Virus record (IMG/VR): IMGVR_UViG_3300033475_000097
Direction: 5' to 3' (one strand)
From: a virus
Length of the DNA: 36,942 bases
A model generated the notes under the pieces. That model was not told the DNA's origin. It saw only the letters and a program-made list of their open reading frames with translations, and searched no databases. Below are positions 21,202 through 31,008 of the stretch, in pieces; the stretch's first letter is position 1; each line of letters starts with the position of its first letter. The translations under genes and the position numbers were made by a program.

Positions 21202-22769
21202 TGGCCCGTACGAATCGCGCTGCCATCCGACGCCAGATCGCGCAGACCTCCACGGTCCCTGCACCGGTCGGTGGCCTCAATGCGCGCGAATCAATCGCCA
21301 ACATGCCGCCCACAGACGCCTATGCGATCTCCAATTGGGAGATGTTCCCCGGGTATCTTCAGGTCCGCAAAGGCTCTCAGAATTGGGTAACGGGCATTTC
21401 AGGCGAAGTGGAAACCCTGGCTTGTTACTCTCCAGCAAGTGGATCACGACAACTCTTTGCTGCCTCCGGCGCCAATATTTACAACGCCACCGTACAGGGG
21501 ACGGTAGGAGCGCCCGTCGTCACTGGAAACACCTCGGGGCGCTGGCAATTCGTTAACTTCGCCAATGCCGCGGGTCAATGGCTCTATATGGTCAATGGCC
21601 AGGATGCACCCCAGCTATACAATGGTACGACGTGGCAAGCGGTCACAAATGCCAGTGCGCCGATCAGCATCACGGGCGTGACGGATGGTCTGACCAGTCT
21701 TATCACGGTGACCAGCTTCAAGAATCGGCTGTATTTCGTCGCCAAAGGTACGTTTCACGTTTGGTATCTCGGCGTCAATGCTGTCGGTGGCGCGGCCACC
21801 CTGTTCGACATGTCAAGCCTGTTCAAGCTTGGCGGCAGCCTGATGACCTGTTTCCCCTGGTCTCTGGATACTGTGGCCGGTCCTCAGGACTACATGGCCT
21901 TTGTATCCACGGAAGGTGAAGTCGTGGTGTATCAGGGCTATGACCCGTCCCAAGTGGGCTCCTGGTCGCAGCTTGGCGTCTTCCGCATGGGCCGCCCAGT
22001 AGGACGGCGATGCTACTGCAAGGTCGGTTCAGACGTCATGATCATGTGTGCCGACGGTCTTATTCCGCTGTCTCAGGAAATGTTGACCGATCGCAAGCAG
22101 GGATCCATTGCGACGACGGATAAGATCCGTAATGCCATCAATGCCGACTTCCAAAATTATAATACGCATTTTGGCTGGCAGGTCATCCTTCATCCCATCG
22201 GCAATAAGCTACTGATCAACGTCCCTCAGATCGAAAGCTCGGTCCAATACCAGTATGTAATGAATACCATCACTGGCGCATGGACGATTTACAACGGCTG
22301 GAATGCAGCCTGCTATGAGCTAATGGGTGACCAACTGTTCTATGGCACCGCAGGCAAAGTCGTGTGGTGCGATACCGGGGTCACTGATGCCGGCGTTCCC
22401 ATTACCACGTTGCTGGCCCCGGCCTATTCCTATTTCGGGGCGCCGGCGCAAAACAAGCAGTACACCATGGTCAGACCGACCATTTCAGCCGATGGCGCTA
22501 TAGGCATTTCCTATGCCTTGAGCGTGGATTATCGACCGGTCCAACCGACATCTTCCCTGTCACTGCCCCCTGGCACAGGAACTTCGTTATGGAATATCGC
22601 GCCGTGGAATACCTCTTACTGGTCGCAAACCGCCGTGATTCGTCTGGGGTGGGAGACGGTTAGCGGTGTAGGGTATGCGGCTAGCCTGAATCTGCGGACC
22701 ATTTCCAGCGTTTCCAATGTGCAACTGATCGCGATTGATTATGGCTACCAGCTGGGCGGTGTCTTTTGA
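21201..22769 (+). CDS. Tail structural protein, 522 aa.
   Basis: ORF track entry. Coupled to its neighbours. Beta-rich. Confidence 0.65.
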   Translation: MARTNRAAIRRQIAQTSTVPAPVGGLNARESIANMPPTDAYAISNWEMFPGYLQVRKGSQNWVTGISGEVETLACYSPASGSRQLFAASGANIYNATVQGTVGAPVVTGNTSGRWQFVNFANAAGQWLYMVNGQDAPQLYNGTTWQAVTNASAPISITGVTDGLTSLITVTSFKNRLYFVAKGTFHVWYLGVNAVGGAATLFDMSSLFKLGGSLMTCFPWSLDTVAGPQDYMAFVSTEGEVVVYQGYDPSQVGSWSQLGVFRMGRPVGRRCYCKVGSDVMIMCADGLIPLSQEMLTDRKQGSIATTDKIRNAINADFQNYNTHFGWQVILHPIGNKLLINVPQIESSVQYQYVMNTITGAWTIYNGWNAACYELMGDQLFYGTAGKVVWCDTGVTDAGVPITTLLAPAYSYFGAPAQNKQYTMVRPTISADGAIGISYALSVDYRPVQPTSSLSLPPGTGTSLWNIAPWNTSYWSQTAVIRLGWETVSGVGYAASLNLRTISSVSNVQLIAIDYGYQLGGVF

Positions 22770-23209
22770 AGATTGTCCTTGACCGTGAAAAAGTGGGTGA
22801 ATGGGTCAAGGCACGTATCCGGCATGTGGATACGTGGGGAGAGGAATATCGGGCTATTGGCTTTGAAAGGCATGGACAATTAGTATCCGGTGTGGTTTAC
22901 AATCATTTCAGCGGTAATGATATCGCCATGAATGTAGCTGGGACGGGGCTTTGGGCCTCGCCGGATGCACTTAAGGTGTATTTCAATTACCCGTTTATCC
23001 AATTGAAGTGCCAACGAGTCACCGCTTACGTGGCGTCCAAGAACCGTAAGTGCCTGGCATTGGTCGAGCGATTGGGCTTTATCCCTGAAGGCCGGTTGCG
23101 TGAAGGGTTGCCCGACGATGACTTACTGATGCTAGGCATGTTGCGGCGCGAATGCCGCTGGATCGGAGACTCCCGTGGGCAAAAGCTCAAGCACGCCGCA
23201 GACGCCTGA
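22766..23209 (+). CDS. GNAT-like N-acetyltransferase (putative), 147 aa.
   Basis: The C-terminal half, RVTAYVASKNRKCLALVERLGFIPEGRLRE, resembles the GNAT acetyl-CoA-binding core. From motif memory only. Confidence 0.6.
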   Translation: MKIVLDREKVGEWVKARIRHVDTWGEEYRAIGFERHGQLVSGVVYNHFSGNDIAMNVAGTGLWASPDALKVYFNYPFIQLKCQRVTAYVASKNRKCLALVERLGFIPEGRLREGLPDDDLLMLGMLRRECRWIGDSRGQKLKHAADA

Positions 23210-24266
23210 TCCATACGCGACAGCGGCTGCGCAAACGCAGATGAACGAGCAGACGGCGGCATTCAATGCCGGTCTGAATCGGTACAACCAGAATACGCCG
23301 TTTGGTTCATCGGCCTGGACCAACAACAACGGTGCCTGGACCAATAATCAGACGCTAAATCCAATCATGCAGCAGGCCTTGACCCAGCAGCAGATTGGGC
23401 AGTCCTCATCCAACCAGATCGCCAACCAGCTTTTGGGCAATTCGTGGGGATCTCTTGCGAAACCCATGAACGCCAGCGGTCTTCCGGGGATCCAGTCATC
23501 CGTCAATACGGATTTCGGAAACCAGATCAACCAGGCACAAAAGAGTGCCTTTGATGCGCAAATGAGTCTTTACCAGCCTCAGCAGCAGCAGCAGGGCGAA
23601 AATCTCAAGGCGCAATTGGCGGCCGAGGGCATTCCGGAGGGTTCGGAAGCCTATAACAACGCCATCAATAACCAGCAGCGCCAGTTCGATTTCCAGAACA
23701 CGCAGATTGCCAATAATGCGGTGCAGACGGGCAATGCCCTGCAAAACCAGTTGTTCGGCCAATCACTGGGTGCGGGACAATTCCAGAATCAAGCCAATCT
23801 TCAGGCGCTGCAGCAACAACAGGCACTACAGAATCAGACATTGTCCACATGGGGAGCCCTCACGGGGAACAATATCAATGTGCCTCAGTATGGCAACAAT
23901 GCCACGGCACAAGCGCCAACTGCTGATCTTTCGAGCAATGTATGGAATGCCTATCAGGGCAATCTTGCTTCTTCCAATGCGCAAACCGCCTCAAATAACC
24001 AGACATGGGCCACGCTGGGTTCTTTGGGTATGGCTGCGATGCTGGCTTTCTCCGATCGAGATGTGAAAAAGGACATTGCCAAGACAGGACGCAAGATCGG
24101 GCGCCATGACGAATACGAATATCGCTATGGCTGGGAGCATCCGAATGCACCCAAGCATTTGGGCGTCATGGCGCAAGAGGTAGAAAAGACACAGCCCGAA
24201 GCGGTATTGACGCTGGGCGGTTTGGGTGGCCTCAAGGCCGTCGATTACAGCCAATTGGGTGACTGA
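23175..24266 (+). CDS. Gln/Asn-rich fibre-like protein with a C-terminal intramolecular-chaperone (peptidase S74) domain, 363 aa.
   Basis: GTG start after GGAGA. The C-terminus SDRDVKKDI...LGVMAQEVEKTQPEAV matches the S74 auto-cleaving chaperone signature. Confidence 0.75.
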   Translation: MGKSSSTPQTPDPYATAAAQTQMNEQTAAFNAGLNRYNQNTPFGSSAWTNNNGAWTNNQTLNPIMQQALTQQQIGQSSSNQIANQLLGNSWGSLAKPMNASGLPGIQSSVNTDFGNQINQAQKSAFDAQMSLYQPQQQQQGENLKAQLAAEGIPEGSEAYNNAINNQQRQFDFQNTQIANNAVQTGNALQNQLFGQSLGAGQFQNQANLQALQQQQALQNQTLSTWGALTGNNINVPQYGNNATAQAPTADLSSNVWNAYQGNLASSNAQTASNNQTWATLGSLGMAAMLAFSDRDVKKDIAKTGRKIGRHDEYEYRYGWEHPNAPKHLGVMAQEVEKTQPEAVLTLGGLGGLKAVDYSQLGD

Positions 24267-24268
24267 TC

Positions 24269-24523
24269 ATGATGGATATGTATAGCTCGCCTCTGCTTCA
24301 GAGCCAAGGTCAGGGATTTGATCCCAACAATCCCTTGGCGCAAAACAACCTGACGGGGGCACAGAACATCGCTGGCCAAGCGGCCACTTCGGCAACTCCG
24401 GGCGGCGGCATGAGTCAGCAACAGAAGATGATGCTGGCACAGGCCCTGATGCAGATGGGCCGTCAGCCAGCACCGCAAATGCCGCAGCTCACCATGCGCG
24501 GCAATCTCCCCATGGGTATGTGA
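24269..24523 (+). CDS. Small Gln/Met-rich virion protein, 84 aa.
   Basis: ORF track entry. It shares the motif QxKMM(L/I)AQAL with the next protein. Confidence 0.6.
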   Translation: MMDMYSSPLLQSQGQGFDPNNPLAQNNLTGAQNIAGQAATSATPGGGMSQQQKMMLAQALMQMGRQPAPQMPQLTMRGNLPMGM

Positions 24524-24524
24524 T

Positions 24525-26078
24525 ATGGCTGATAACGCCTTCCCGATCCTCCCGCAATTCCAGGGCGATTACCTTGACGCGCAGCGCAAGATGATGATCG
24601 CCCAGGCATTGCAACAGCAGGCCTTTTCCGGCCCACAGGGCATGGAAGGCTGGAACGGCATGCGTGTTGTTCCGCGCATGAATCCTCTATCGGGACTGGC
24701 GGGCATTGGTCAGGCGCTTCTCGCCAACAAGGCCTATGGCAATGCAATCGATGCGCAGCGCCAATTGGGACGGGAGCAGTTTGGCGCTATTCAAGGCATG
24801 TTTGGCGGTAGCGGGGGTCAAGGAGCCCAGGGCGGGCAGGGTAATCAAGGATTTATGCCGAGTGGACAAGGAAACATTCCTGGGAGCGGTTCGCCTATGA
24901 ATCCGGCTGGGCTTCCTCCGATGATGGCGGCCATCAATTACATGCGCGATCCGAGCAAATATACGGAGCAGTTTGTTTCTCCTTGGTATAAGCCTACGGA
25001 AGCCTCCCTGATGGCTCGCCAAGGTGGCCAGGACATTGCTTCGGCTAACCAGGGTGCCTTGGCCAAGGCCAACTACATGACGCCTGCCGAGGGTCGCCCT
25101 GGCGGTTACACAATGATCCCGCAGGCCGGCCCTAATGGACAGGTTACGTACAACCGCGTCTACAACCAGCCCATTCCCGAAGGTGGCATGCCAATCTATG
25201 ACGCCGCTGGTAATCAGATTCCGGGTGTGGCGCCTCTGCCTGGTGCAGCTGGTGTGCGACAGATGCAAGCAGGCGCCCAGGCGGCCGGTGGTGCTCAATA
25301 CGATGTGATTTCTGGCGTGGATGCCAATGGCAATCCGGTCTATAACACGCGCCTTAATGCAGCACAGCAGGCCGGTGGCACGGGTAATTTGACGCCTCCT
25401 GGCTCGGCTTTTGGCGGATATACGCCGCCGTCTGGTGGCGGTTTCCGACCTGGGCTTCCTATGGGGTCAGAACCGCTGATCAAGGGCTATACCGACCGCT
25501 ACCAAGCCGGACAGGACGCGGCCCGTAATGCGCCCGCTGATATCCAGGCGTTCCGCGCGATCGATCAAGCGGCTTCGCAAGCCAAAACGGGCGTGGGTTT
25601 TGACCGCGGCGCGTACTGGAAATCAATGGCTTCCATGATTCCGGGCATTGATCCGAATAACCCGGACAAGGTGAACGCGGATATCATCCAGAAGTATAGC
25701 GAACAGGTCGCCACGCGTAATGGTGGCCGGTCTGACGCTGCGCTTGATGCAGCGTTGCACTCGATCACCAATAGCGGCATGGCGCCCGAATCGATCCATG
25801 AGCTTACTCCAAGCCTTGTAGGACTTCGTATGTCCGATCTTGGGAGGTCTCAGGCAGCCACGCGATGGCTTCAGGCACATGGCAATGCGCCGGCATCGCT
25901 AGGTGAGTTCGAATCGAATTGGAACAAGAACTACGACCCCGACGTGTACCGCTTGCAGGCCATGAATCCGGCTCAGCAGCAAACCTTTGTGCGCGGCCTA
26001 TCTCAGCAACAGCGCGCGGCCTTAAACAGTAAGCGCAATGCCTTGGCAGCGATGGGGGCGCTCGATGTCGGCCAATGA
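24525..26078 (+). CDS. Internal virion/ejection protein (putative), 517 aa.
   Basis: Gly/Gln/Pro-rich. Located upstream of the SLT-domain protein. Confidence 0.65.
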   Translation: MADNAFPILPQFQGDYLDAQRKMMIAQALQQQAFSGPQGMEGWNGMRVVPRMNPLSGLAGIGQALLANKAYGNAIDAQRQLGREQFGAIQGMFGGSGGQGAQGGQGNQGFMPSGQGNIPGSGSPMNPAGLPPMMAAINYMRDPSKYTEQFVSPWYKPTEASLMARQGGQDIASANQGALAKANYMTPAEGRPGGYTMIPQAGPNGQVTYNRVYNQPIPEGGMPIYDAAGNQIPGVAPLPGAAGVRQMQAGAQAAGGAQYDVISGVDANGNPVYNTRLNAAQQAGGTGNLTPPGSAFGGYTPPSGGGFRPGLPMGSEPLIKGYTDRYQAGQDAARNAPADIQAFRAIDQAASQAKTGVGFDRGAYWKSMASMIPGIDPNNPDKVNADIIQKYSEQVATRNGGRSDAALDAALHSITNSGMAPESIHELTPSLVGLRMSDLGRSQAATRWLQAHGNAPASLGEFESNWNKNYDPDVYRLQAMNPAQQQTFVRGLSQQQRAALNSKRNALAAMGALDVGQ

Positions 26079-28914
26079 TTATGATCCGCTGATTATCGCT
26101 GCATCGCAGCAAAACAACCTTGATCCACGGTTGTTGCGGGCAGTCATTGGCACGGAAAGCAGTTTTAACCCTCAGGCCTATAATGCCGAAACCGGTGCAA
26201 CGGGGCTGGGGCAACAAATCCCCGCGACTGCACAAGCCTACGGTATTGATCCACGCGATCCGGCGCAGTCAATCCAAGGCACGGCGCGTCAACTAGCCGA
26301 AAACATTGGCCGCTATGGCAATGTCGATGACGCGGTACGCGCTTACCACGGTGGCACGGATCCAAAGAATTGGGGACCTAAAACGCAGGAATACGTAAGT
26401 AAGGTCTCGCAAGCTTTCCAGCAGGGCGAACCCAAGCAGAGCGCTCCTCAGCTTAATGATCCCATTGGACAGATGCTAGCTGGCGGCGCGGGGCAGGAGC
26501 AAGGACAGGCGCAGGCGCACCCGCAGCTCAATGACCCCTTGGGACAGATGCTTGCGCAAGGCGTTGCCCCGGCATCGACGGCACTGCAGGCGCAAGTTGT
26601 TCCACGTGGAACAGCGTCCGATCAATACCGATCCACGCTGTCGCCGGAAGGTCAACAGCATTACGACAAGCTTCTGTCGGATTTGCGCTCACAAGCCAAC
26701 TTCATTCAGGCAGGACCTAATCCCGGCCTGGGTGACAAGCTTATGGGTGGCGCATGGCGAGGCATCAATGATGCCGCAGACTTCCTGACAGGCGGACTTG
26801 GATTTGTCGGCAATCGCCTTGGCGTCGTCAGCGACCAGACCATGGACGACTACATGCATGCCATCAAGCAGCTGGATACAGAATATGAACAGGCTCGGCA
26901 GGCGGCTACGCCGCAGTCCGTGGGCGGCTTGGTGTCTGGTAAACAGCCTGATCCGGGCATTGACTGGGGCCGCATCGTGGGACAGGGCTTGGCGGGCGGC
27001 GCAGCGACCCGGGGCCTTGAGGCCGTGGGAGCGGGCGGTGCATCTCTCCTTGGCCCAGCAGGTCGCGCTGGCATCCTTGGAAGCGATCTGGCGGATTCCG
27101 CGTTGGGGCGTGTGGCTCAAAACGCCTTCACGGGCGCTACGTCTGCTGCGGTGGCTTCACCGCAGTCTGAGGTGCCTCTTGGGACGCAAGCTGGCATAGG
27201 CGCGGCGGTCGGTGCCATTGCGCCGCCTGTGGTCGGGAAGATTGCCAGCGCCATCGCCAGTCCCTTTGCCAAACTGCTATCGCGGACAGCGCCGCAAGCC
27301 GCAGGTGATGTCTCCGATGCCATGGAGCAGGCCGCACCTAGCATCATGAATGCGGTCAAGAAGGATGCGCAGGGGAATGTGTCGATCGATTCCTCTCAGC
27401 TTCCGCCACAGGTCCAGCAGGCTCTCGAGACAGGCCCGCTCAAGGATCTGACGCCCGAACAGCAAGCCCGTGCCATGACCTTTGAAGCCCTTGGCGTCAA
27501 GGACTACACGTTGGCGGATGTGACGCGCAATGCCTCCGATGCCATGGCTGAGCGCAATCTGGCACAGAACGCCAAGGCGGGTGCACCGATTCGTCAGGCG
27601 GATCTTGCCAAGAACGAGCAACTGACCCAGGCCGCGCAGCGTGCCGTGGACATGACAGGCCAGGCGCCTTCGGATGTTCACGCCATGGGGCAGGATATCC
27701 GTGCGCATCTCAAGGATCAGTATCAGGCGCAGACAGCCAAGATCAATGCGGCTTATCAGGCGGCGGATGAAGCAGCCGGAAACGCTCCCAAAGTATCCAC
27801 CCATCCGATTGCCAATACCTTGAACGGCATGCGATCCCAGTTCTTGGCAAGTGCGGAAGGCAAGGGCCTATTGGAAGGCATTCGTGGTCGCTTGCAGGAG
27901 TTTTCTGGTGGTGTGCCAAAGACTCCGGGGAAGCCCCTGATTGTCGATACGCAGGGCAATCCCCTGCTTACTGAAGGCGATTTGCCGCGCGCCATGACAT
28001 TTCAGGATTCGGAGCGGTTCCGGCAATACCTCAATGATGTGTCGACGCCTGACAATTATCCCTTGATCAAAAGCATCAAGAGTGCCGTGGATCAGGCGCA
28101 GGACAATGCGGGTTCTGGAAATATCTACGAACAAGCTCGCAATCTTCGCCAGCAGCGCTCAGCCATGTTTGAAGATCAGGGAGGTGTTCAAAAGATTCTT
28201 GCCAATACGCCGGGTGGCGATCCGCGCATGCCGGTGGACAAGATCATGGATAACCTGGTTTTCAACAAAGGCAATGCCGATCAGCTCTCTCAGCTGATCA
28301 ATCAACTGGCCAAGGGTGGACAGGCAGGGCAAGACATTCTCAACCGCCTGCGTGCGACGACGCTGCAACAGGCGATTTCGGGGGCTGTCTCCAAAGTACC
28401 CGGTGAAACGGGTGCCGGCGCTTTTTCAGGGACGGCCTTCAAATCGCAGGTGGACAAGATTGGCGCCAAAAAGATGGCGACTTTGTTCACGCCGGAGCAG
28501 CAGAACTATATAGGTGCTTTGCAGCGTGGGGCGATCGACCTGACGACCTCACCTCCCGTGCGAAATGCCTATAACCCTTCTGGAACGGCAGGACAAGGCA
28601 TCAATGCGCTTGACATGCTGGCGGGCCTTCCCAATGCCGGAGGAAGCAAGGTCGCCTCCTTGGTGGCTAAGGGCGCCCAGCATCTTCCGGTCGTGGGAGG
28701 CATCGTGAAGCCAGTGATGGAACTTAATGCGCAGGCCAATGAACGCGCCGCAGCCAAGATTCTTGAGCAGCGAGCTGCCTTATCTGCCAAGCCCTTGGAT
28801 ACGTTGACTGCGGCTCAGCAAAAAGCCCAGCAGGACAAGATTCGCCAAGCCCTTGCCGCCCGCCTCATGGGTAATCCTGCCGCCTTAGGCGGCGCTGTAC
28901 AGCCGAGTCACTAA
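26065..28914 (+). CDS. Internal virion protein with an N-terminal lytic transglycosylase (SLT) domain, 949 aa.
   Basis: AVIGTESSFNPQAYNAETGATGLGQ is the SLT catalytic motif (ES...GLMQ-type). The start is M10 of ORF 26038..28914. Confidence 0.85.
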   Translation: MSANDYDPLIIAASQQNNLDPRLLRAVIGTESSFNPQAYNAETGATGLGQQIPATAQAYGIDPRDPAQSIQGTARQLAENIGRYGNVDDAVRAYHGGTDPKNWGPKTQEYVSKVSQAFQQGEPKQSAPQLNDPIGQMLAGGAGQEQGQAQAHPQLNDPLGQMLAQGVAPASTALQAQVVPRGTASDQYRSTLSPEGQQHYDKLLSDLRSQANFIQAGPNPGLGDKLMGGAWRGINDAADFLTGGLGFVGNRLGVVSDQTMDDYMHAIKQLDTEYEQARQAATPQSVGGLVSGKQPDPGIDWGRIVGQGLAGGAATRGLEAVGAGGASLLGPAGRAGILGSDLADSALGRVAQNAFTGATSAAVASPQSEVPLGTQAGIGAAVGAIAPPVVGKIASAIASPFAKLLSRTAPQAAGDVSDAMEQAAPSIMNAVKKDAQGNVSIDSSQLPPQVQQALETGPLKDLTPEQQARAMTFEALGVKDYTLADVTRNASDAMAERNLAQNAKAGAPIRQADLAKNEQLTQAAQRAVDMTGQAPSDVHAMGQDIRAHLKDQYQAQTAKINAAYQAADEAAGNAPKVSTHPIANTLNGMRSQFLASAEGKGLLEGIRGRLQEFSGGVPKTPGKPLIVDTQGNPLLTEGDLPRAMTFQDSERFRQYLNDVSTPDNYPLIKSIKSAVDQAQDNAGSGNIYEQARNLRQQRSAMFEDQGGVQKILANTPGGDPRMPVDKIMDNLVFNKGNADQLSQLINQLAKGGQAGQDILNRLRATTLQQAISGAVSKVPGETGAGAFSGTAFKSQVDKIGAKKMATLFTPEQQNYIGALQRGAIDLTTSPPVRNAYNPSGTAGQGINALDMLAGLPNAGGSKVASLVAKGAQHLPVVGGIVKPVMELNAQANERAAAKILEQRAALSAKPLDTLTAAQQKAQQDKIRQALAARLMGNPAALGGAVQPSH

Positions 28915-28916
28915 TT

Positions 28917-29675
28917 ATGCCCTGGTCAGGATCTGGCACCTTTACCCGAAATTATTCGTGGACCAATGATGCCGCAAATAGCATTCCCATCACTGCGTCG
29001 CGCATGGATGCGGACACCAATGACATCGTGACTAATGGGTTTGGCAACACCCTGACTCGCGATGGCCAAGGATCGGCAACCGCCAATCTTCCCATGAATG
29101 GATTCAAGCATACCAACTGCGCCAACGGTGTGGCTGCCACCGATTACGCCACTATGGGTCAGATTGCCGGGTTTGCTCCATTGGCATCTCCATCTTTTAC
29201 AGGAACACCAACGGCACCTACGCCCACTGCGGGTGATAACAGCAGCAAATTGGCAACGACCAATTTCATCGCCACCGCCTTGGCTTCGTACGTTCCCTTT
29301 AGTGGCGGAACGATGACGGGGCCACTGACGATCAGTGAAACTGCTTCGGTCTATAACCTGACGCTCACGAATACGAACGTGAATGGTGCGGGGTTATTAT
29401 TCAATGGTAATGGTGGAACAACGCCGTCAAAAACACTTCGTGTACGAAGTGGCGAAGTCGAATGGGTCAATAGTGCCAATTCAGTCATCATTTCCAGTTT
29501 GACGGATGCAGGCGCCTATACGGCAGCCACTTCCGTTAATTCGCCCATCGGTAACTTTTCCAGCAATCTTATCGCCGGAGGAAGTTTTACTTATGGCGGA
29601 ACGGTGCAACCCCATATCTTTGTGCAATCTGCCACACCGACAGCTATCGCCATAGGCGATCTTTGGTTCTTCTGA
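28917..29675 (+). CDS. Tail fibre protein, 252 aa.
   Basis: The N-terminus MPWSGSGTFTRNYSWTNDAANSIPITASRMDADTNDI and SPSFTGTPTAPT...SSKLATTNFI are typical phage tail-fibre motifs. Confidence 0.75.
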   Translation: MPWSGSGTFTRNYSWTNDAANSIPITASRMDADTNDIVTNGFGNTLTRDGQGSATANLPMNGFKHTNCANGVAATDYATMGQIAGFAPLASPSFTGTPTAPTPTAGDNSSKLATTNFIATALASYVPFSGGTMTGPLTISETASVYNLTLTNTNVNGAGLLFNGNGGTTPSKTLRVRSGEVEWVNSANSVIISSLTDAGAYTAATSVNSPIGNFSSNLIAGGSFTYGGTVQPHIFVQSATPTAIAIGDLWFF

Positions 29676-30121
29676 TGACTTTCTCTCGTTGGTCAGGAAG
29701 CTCATGGATAACCTTCACCACCTACAAGCGGTGGACAGGAAGCGTTTGGCAGGCTATCCAGAATGCCAAACGGTGGAATGGATCGTCCTGGGTCATCTTT
29801 GGATTCCTACAGGCATCTGCGTCTCCCAGCTCGGTCTTGGGGTCAAGCACTAGCCCAGGAACGATTATTACCAATTCCACAACTGCAACGGCGACCAATG
29901 GGTCAGGATCCTATACTTACAGTTGGTCGGTTACGACAACGACGGGTAACACGATCAGCGCCGTTACACCTACAAACGCCACGACGGTATTTTCGGCAAC
30001 CGCCAACAATACGACGCCTTCCTGTCTTGGATCGGCGACTTGCAACGTGACAGATACTGTTACAGGGCTCGTGGTAGCAACCAATACGGTTTCCATCGAT
30101 ATCGAGTACACCGGTCCATGA
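29675..30121 (+). CDS. Fibre-associated protein, 148 aa, with three RW(S/T/N)GS(S/V)W repeats.
   Basis: ATG overlaps the upstream TGA (TGATG). M5 of ORF 29663..30121. Confidence 0.65.
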   Translation: MTFSRWSGSSWITFTTYKRWTGSVWQAIQNAKRWNGSSWVIFGFLQASASPSSVLGSSTSPGTIITNSTTATATNGSGSYTYSWSVTTTTGNTISAVTPTNATTVFSATANNTTPSCLGSATCNVTDTVTGLVVATNTVSIDIEYTGP

Positions 30122-30528
30122 CGCGAGGCATCCATAACAATAACCCCGGGAATATCCGATGGGGCGATGATTGGCAGGGGCTAGTTCCCGCGGATCAACG
30201 GACCGATCCGTCTTTTTGTCAGTTCATTGCACCTGAATGGGGCATTCGTGCCATTGCCAGGATCATGGATAGCTATCATTCGCAAGGGATTATGACCTTA
30301 CGAGATGCCATTCACCGCTGGGCGCCTCCATCAGAAAATGATACGGATTCGTATGTGAACGATGTGGCAAATCGAACCGGACTGGATTCGGACAGCTGCA
30401 TTGATCTTACGTCCTATATCACCTGCAAGAATGTAGTAAAAGCGATCATCTTCCATGAAAATGGTGTTCAGCCGTATTCGGATGATGTGATTACCAGGGG
30501 TCTTTCATTGGCAGGGGTGAGCGCATGA
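30118..30528 (+). CDS. Putative endolysin/peptidoglycan hydrolase, 136 aa, with an NNPGNIR motif (phi6 P5-like, from memory).
   Basis: M27 of ORF 30040..30528 with an ATGA overlap. It heads a block of TM proteins and spanins. Confidence 0.55.
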   Translation: MTRGIHNNNPGNIRWGDDWQGLVPADQRTDPSFCQFIAPEWGIRAIARIMDSYHSQGIMTLRDAIHRWAPPSENDTDSYVNDVANRTGLDSDSCIDLTSYITCKNVVKAIIFHENGVQPYSDDVITRGLSLAGVSA

Positions 30529-30752
30529 AGCTGGTTAGTTACGCCAATCTTTGGCATCGCATTTGGTCGGTTCGCTTCGCTCTGCTGGCGCTAACGTGGC
30601 AAGTATTGCAGCAGACTTGGCTTCACATGCCGCCTGAATGGCGCCCTGCGTTGAATGCATGGGAGCAATGGGTACTGTTCTCCGCTGGAAGCCTGTTTAC
30701 GGGCGCTGCGGGATTGGCGGCCATCATTCATCAGGATGACCTCAAGCCATGA
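30525..30752 (+). CDS. Holin candidate, 75 aa, two hydrophobic segments.
   Basis: ATGA-coupled to the endolysin candidate. TM-like segments VRFALLALTW and WVLFSAGSLFTGAAGLAAII. Confidence 0.55.
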   Translation: MKLVSYANLWHRIWSVRFALLALTWQVLQQTWLHMPPEWRPALNAWEQWVLFSAGSLFTGAAGLAAIIHQDDLKP

Positions 30753-31006
30753 ATCAGGTTCCTGAGGCTGTATGGCAGTACATCGCTATCACTGCGGTGG
30801 GATTGGTTGTGGCCATCATTGGATGGTATGCACGAAATACACATCAGGATCTTAAAGATCTACGGGCCAAGCATGATGAATTCAAAGACCGAGTTTTGAC
30901 CAATTTTCATGACAAGACAGCTATTAAGGAAGCACTCGACGAGATCAAACAAAGCGTCAACGCTGTCCGCATCATGGTTCAGGAAATCATGCGAAAAGGA
31001 GGTTAG
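30749..31006 (+). CDS. Membrane protein, 85 aa (N-terminal TM plus a coiled-coil). Holin or antiholin candidate.
   Basis: ATGA-coupled. TM segment YIAITAVGLVVAIIGWY. Confidence 0.5.
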   Translation: MNQVPEAVWQYIAITAVGLVVAIIGWYARNTHQDLKDLRAKHDEFKDRVLTNFHDKTAIKEALDEIKQSVNAVRIMVQEIMRKGG

Positions 31007-31008
31007 AC

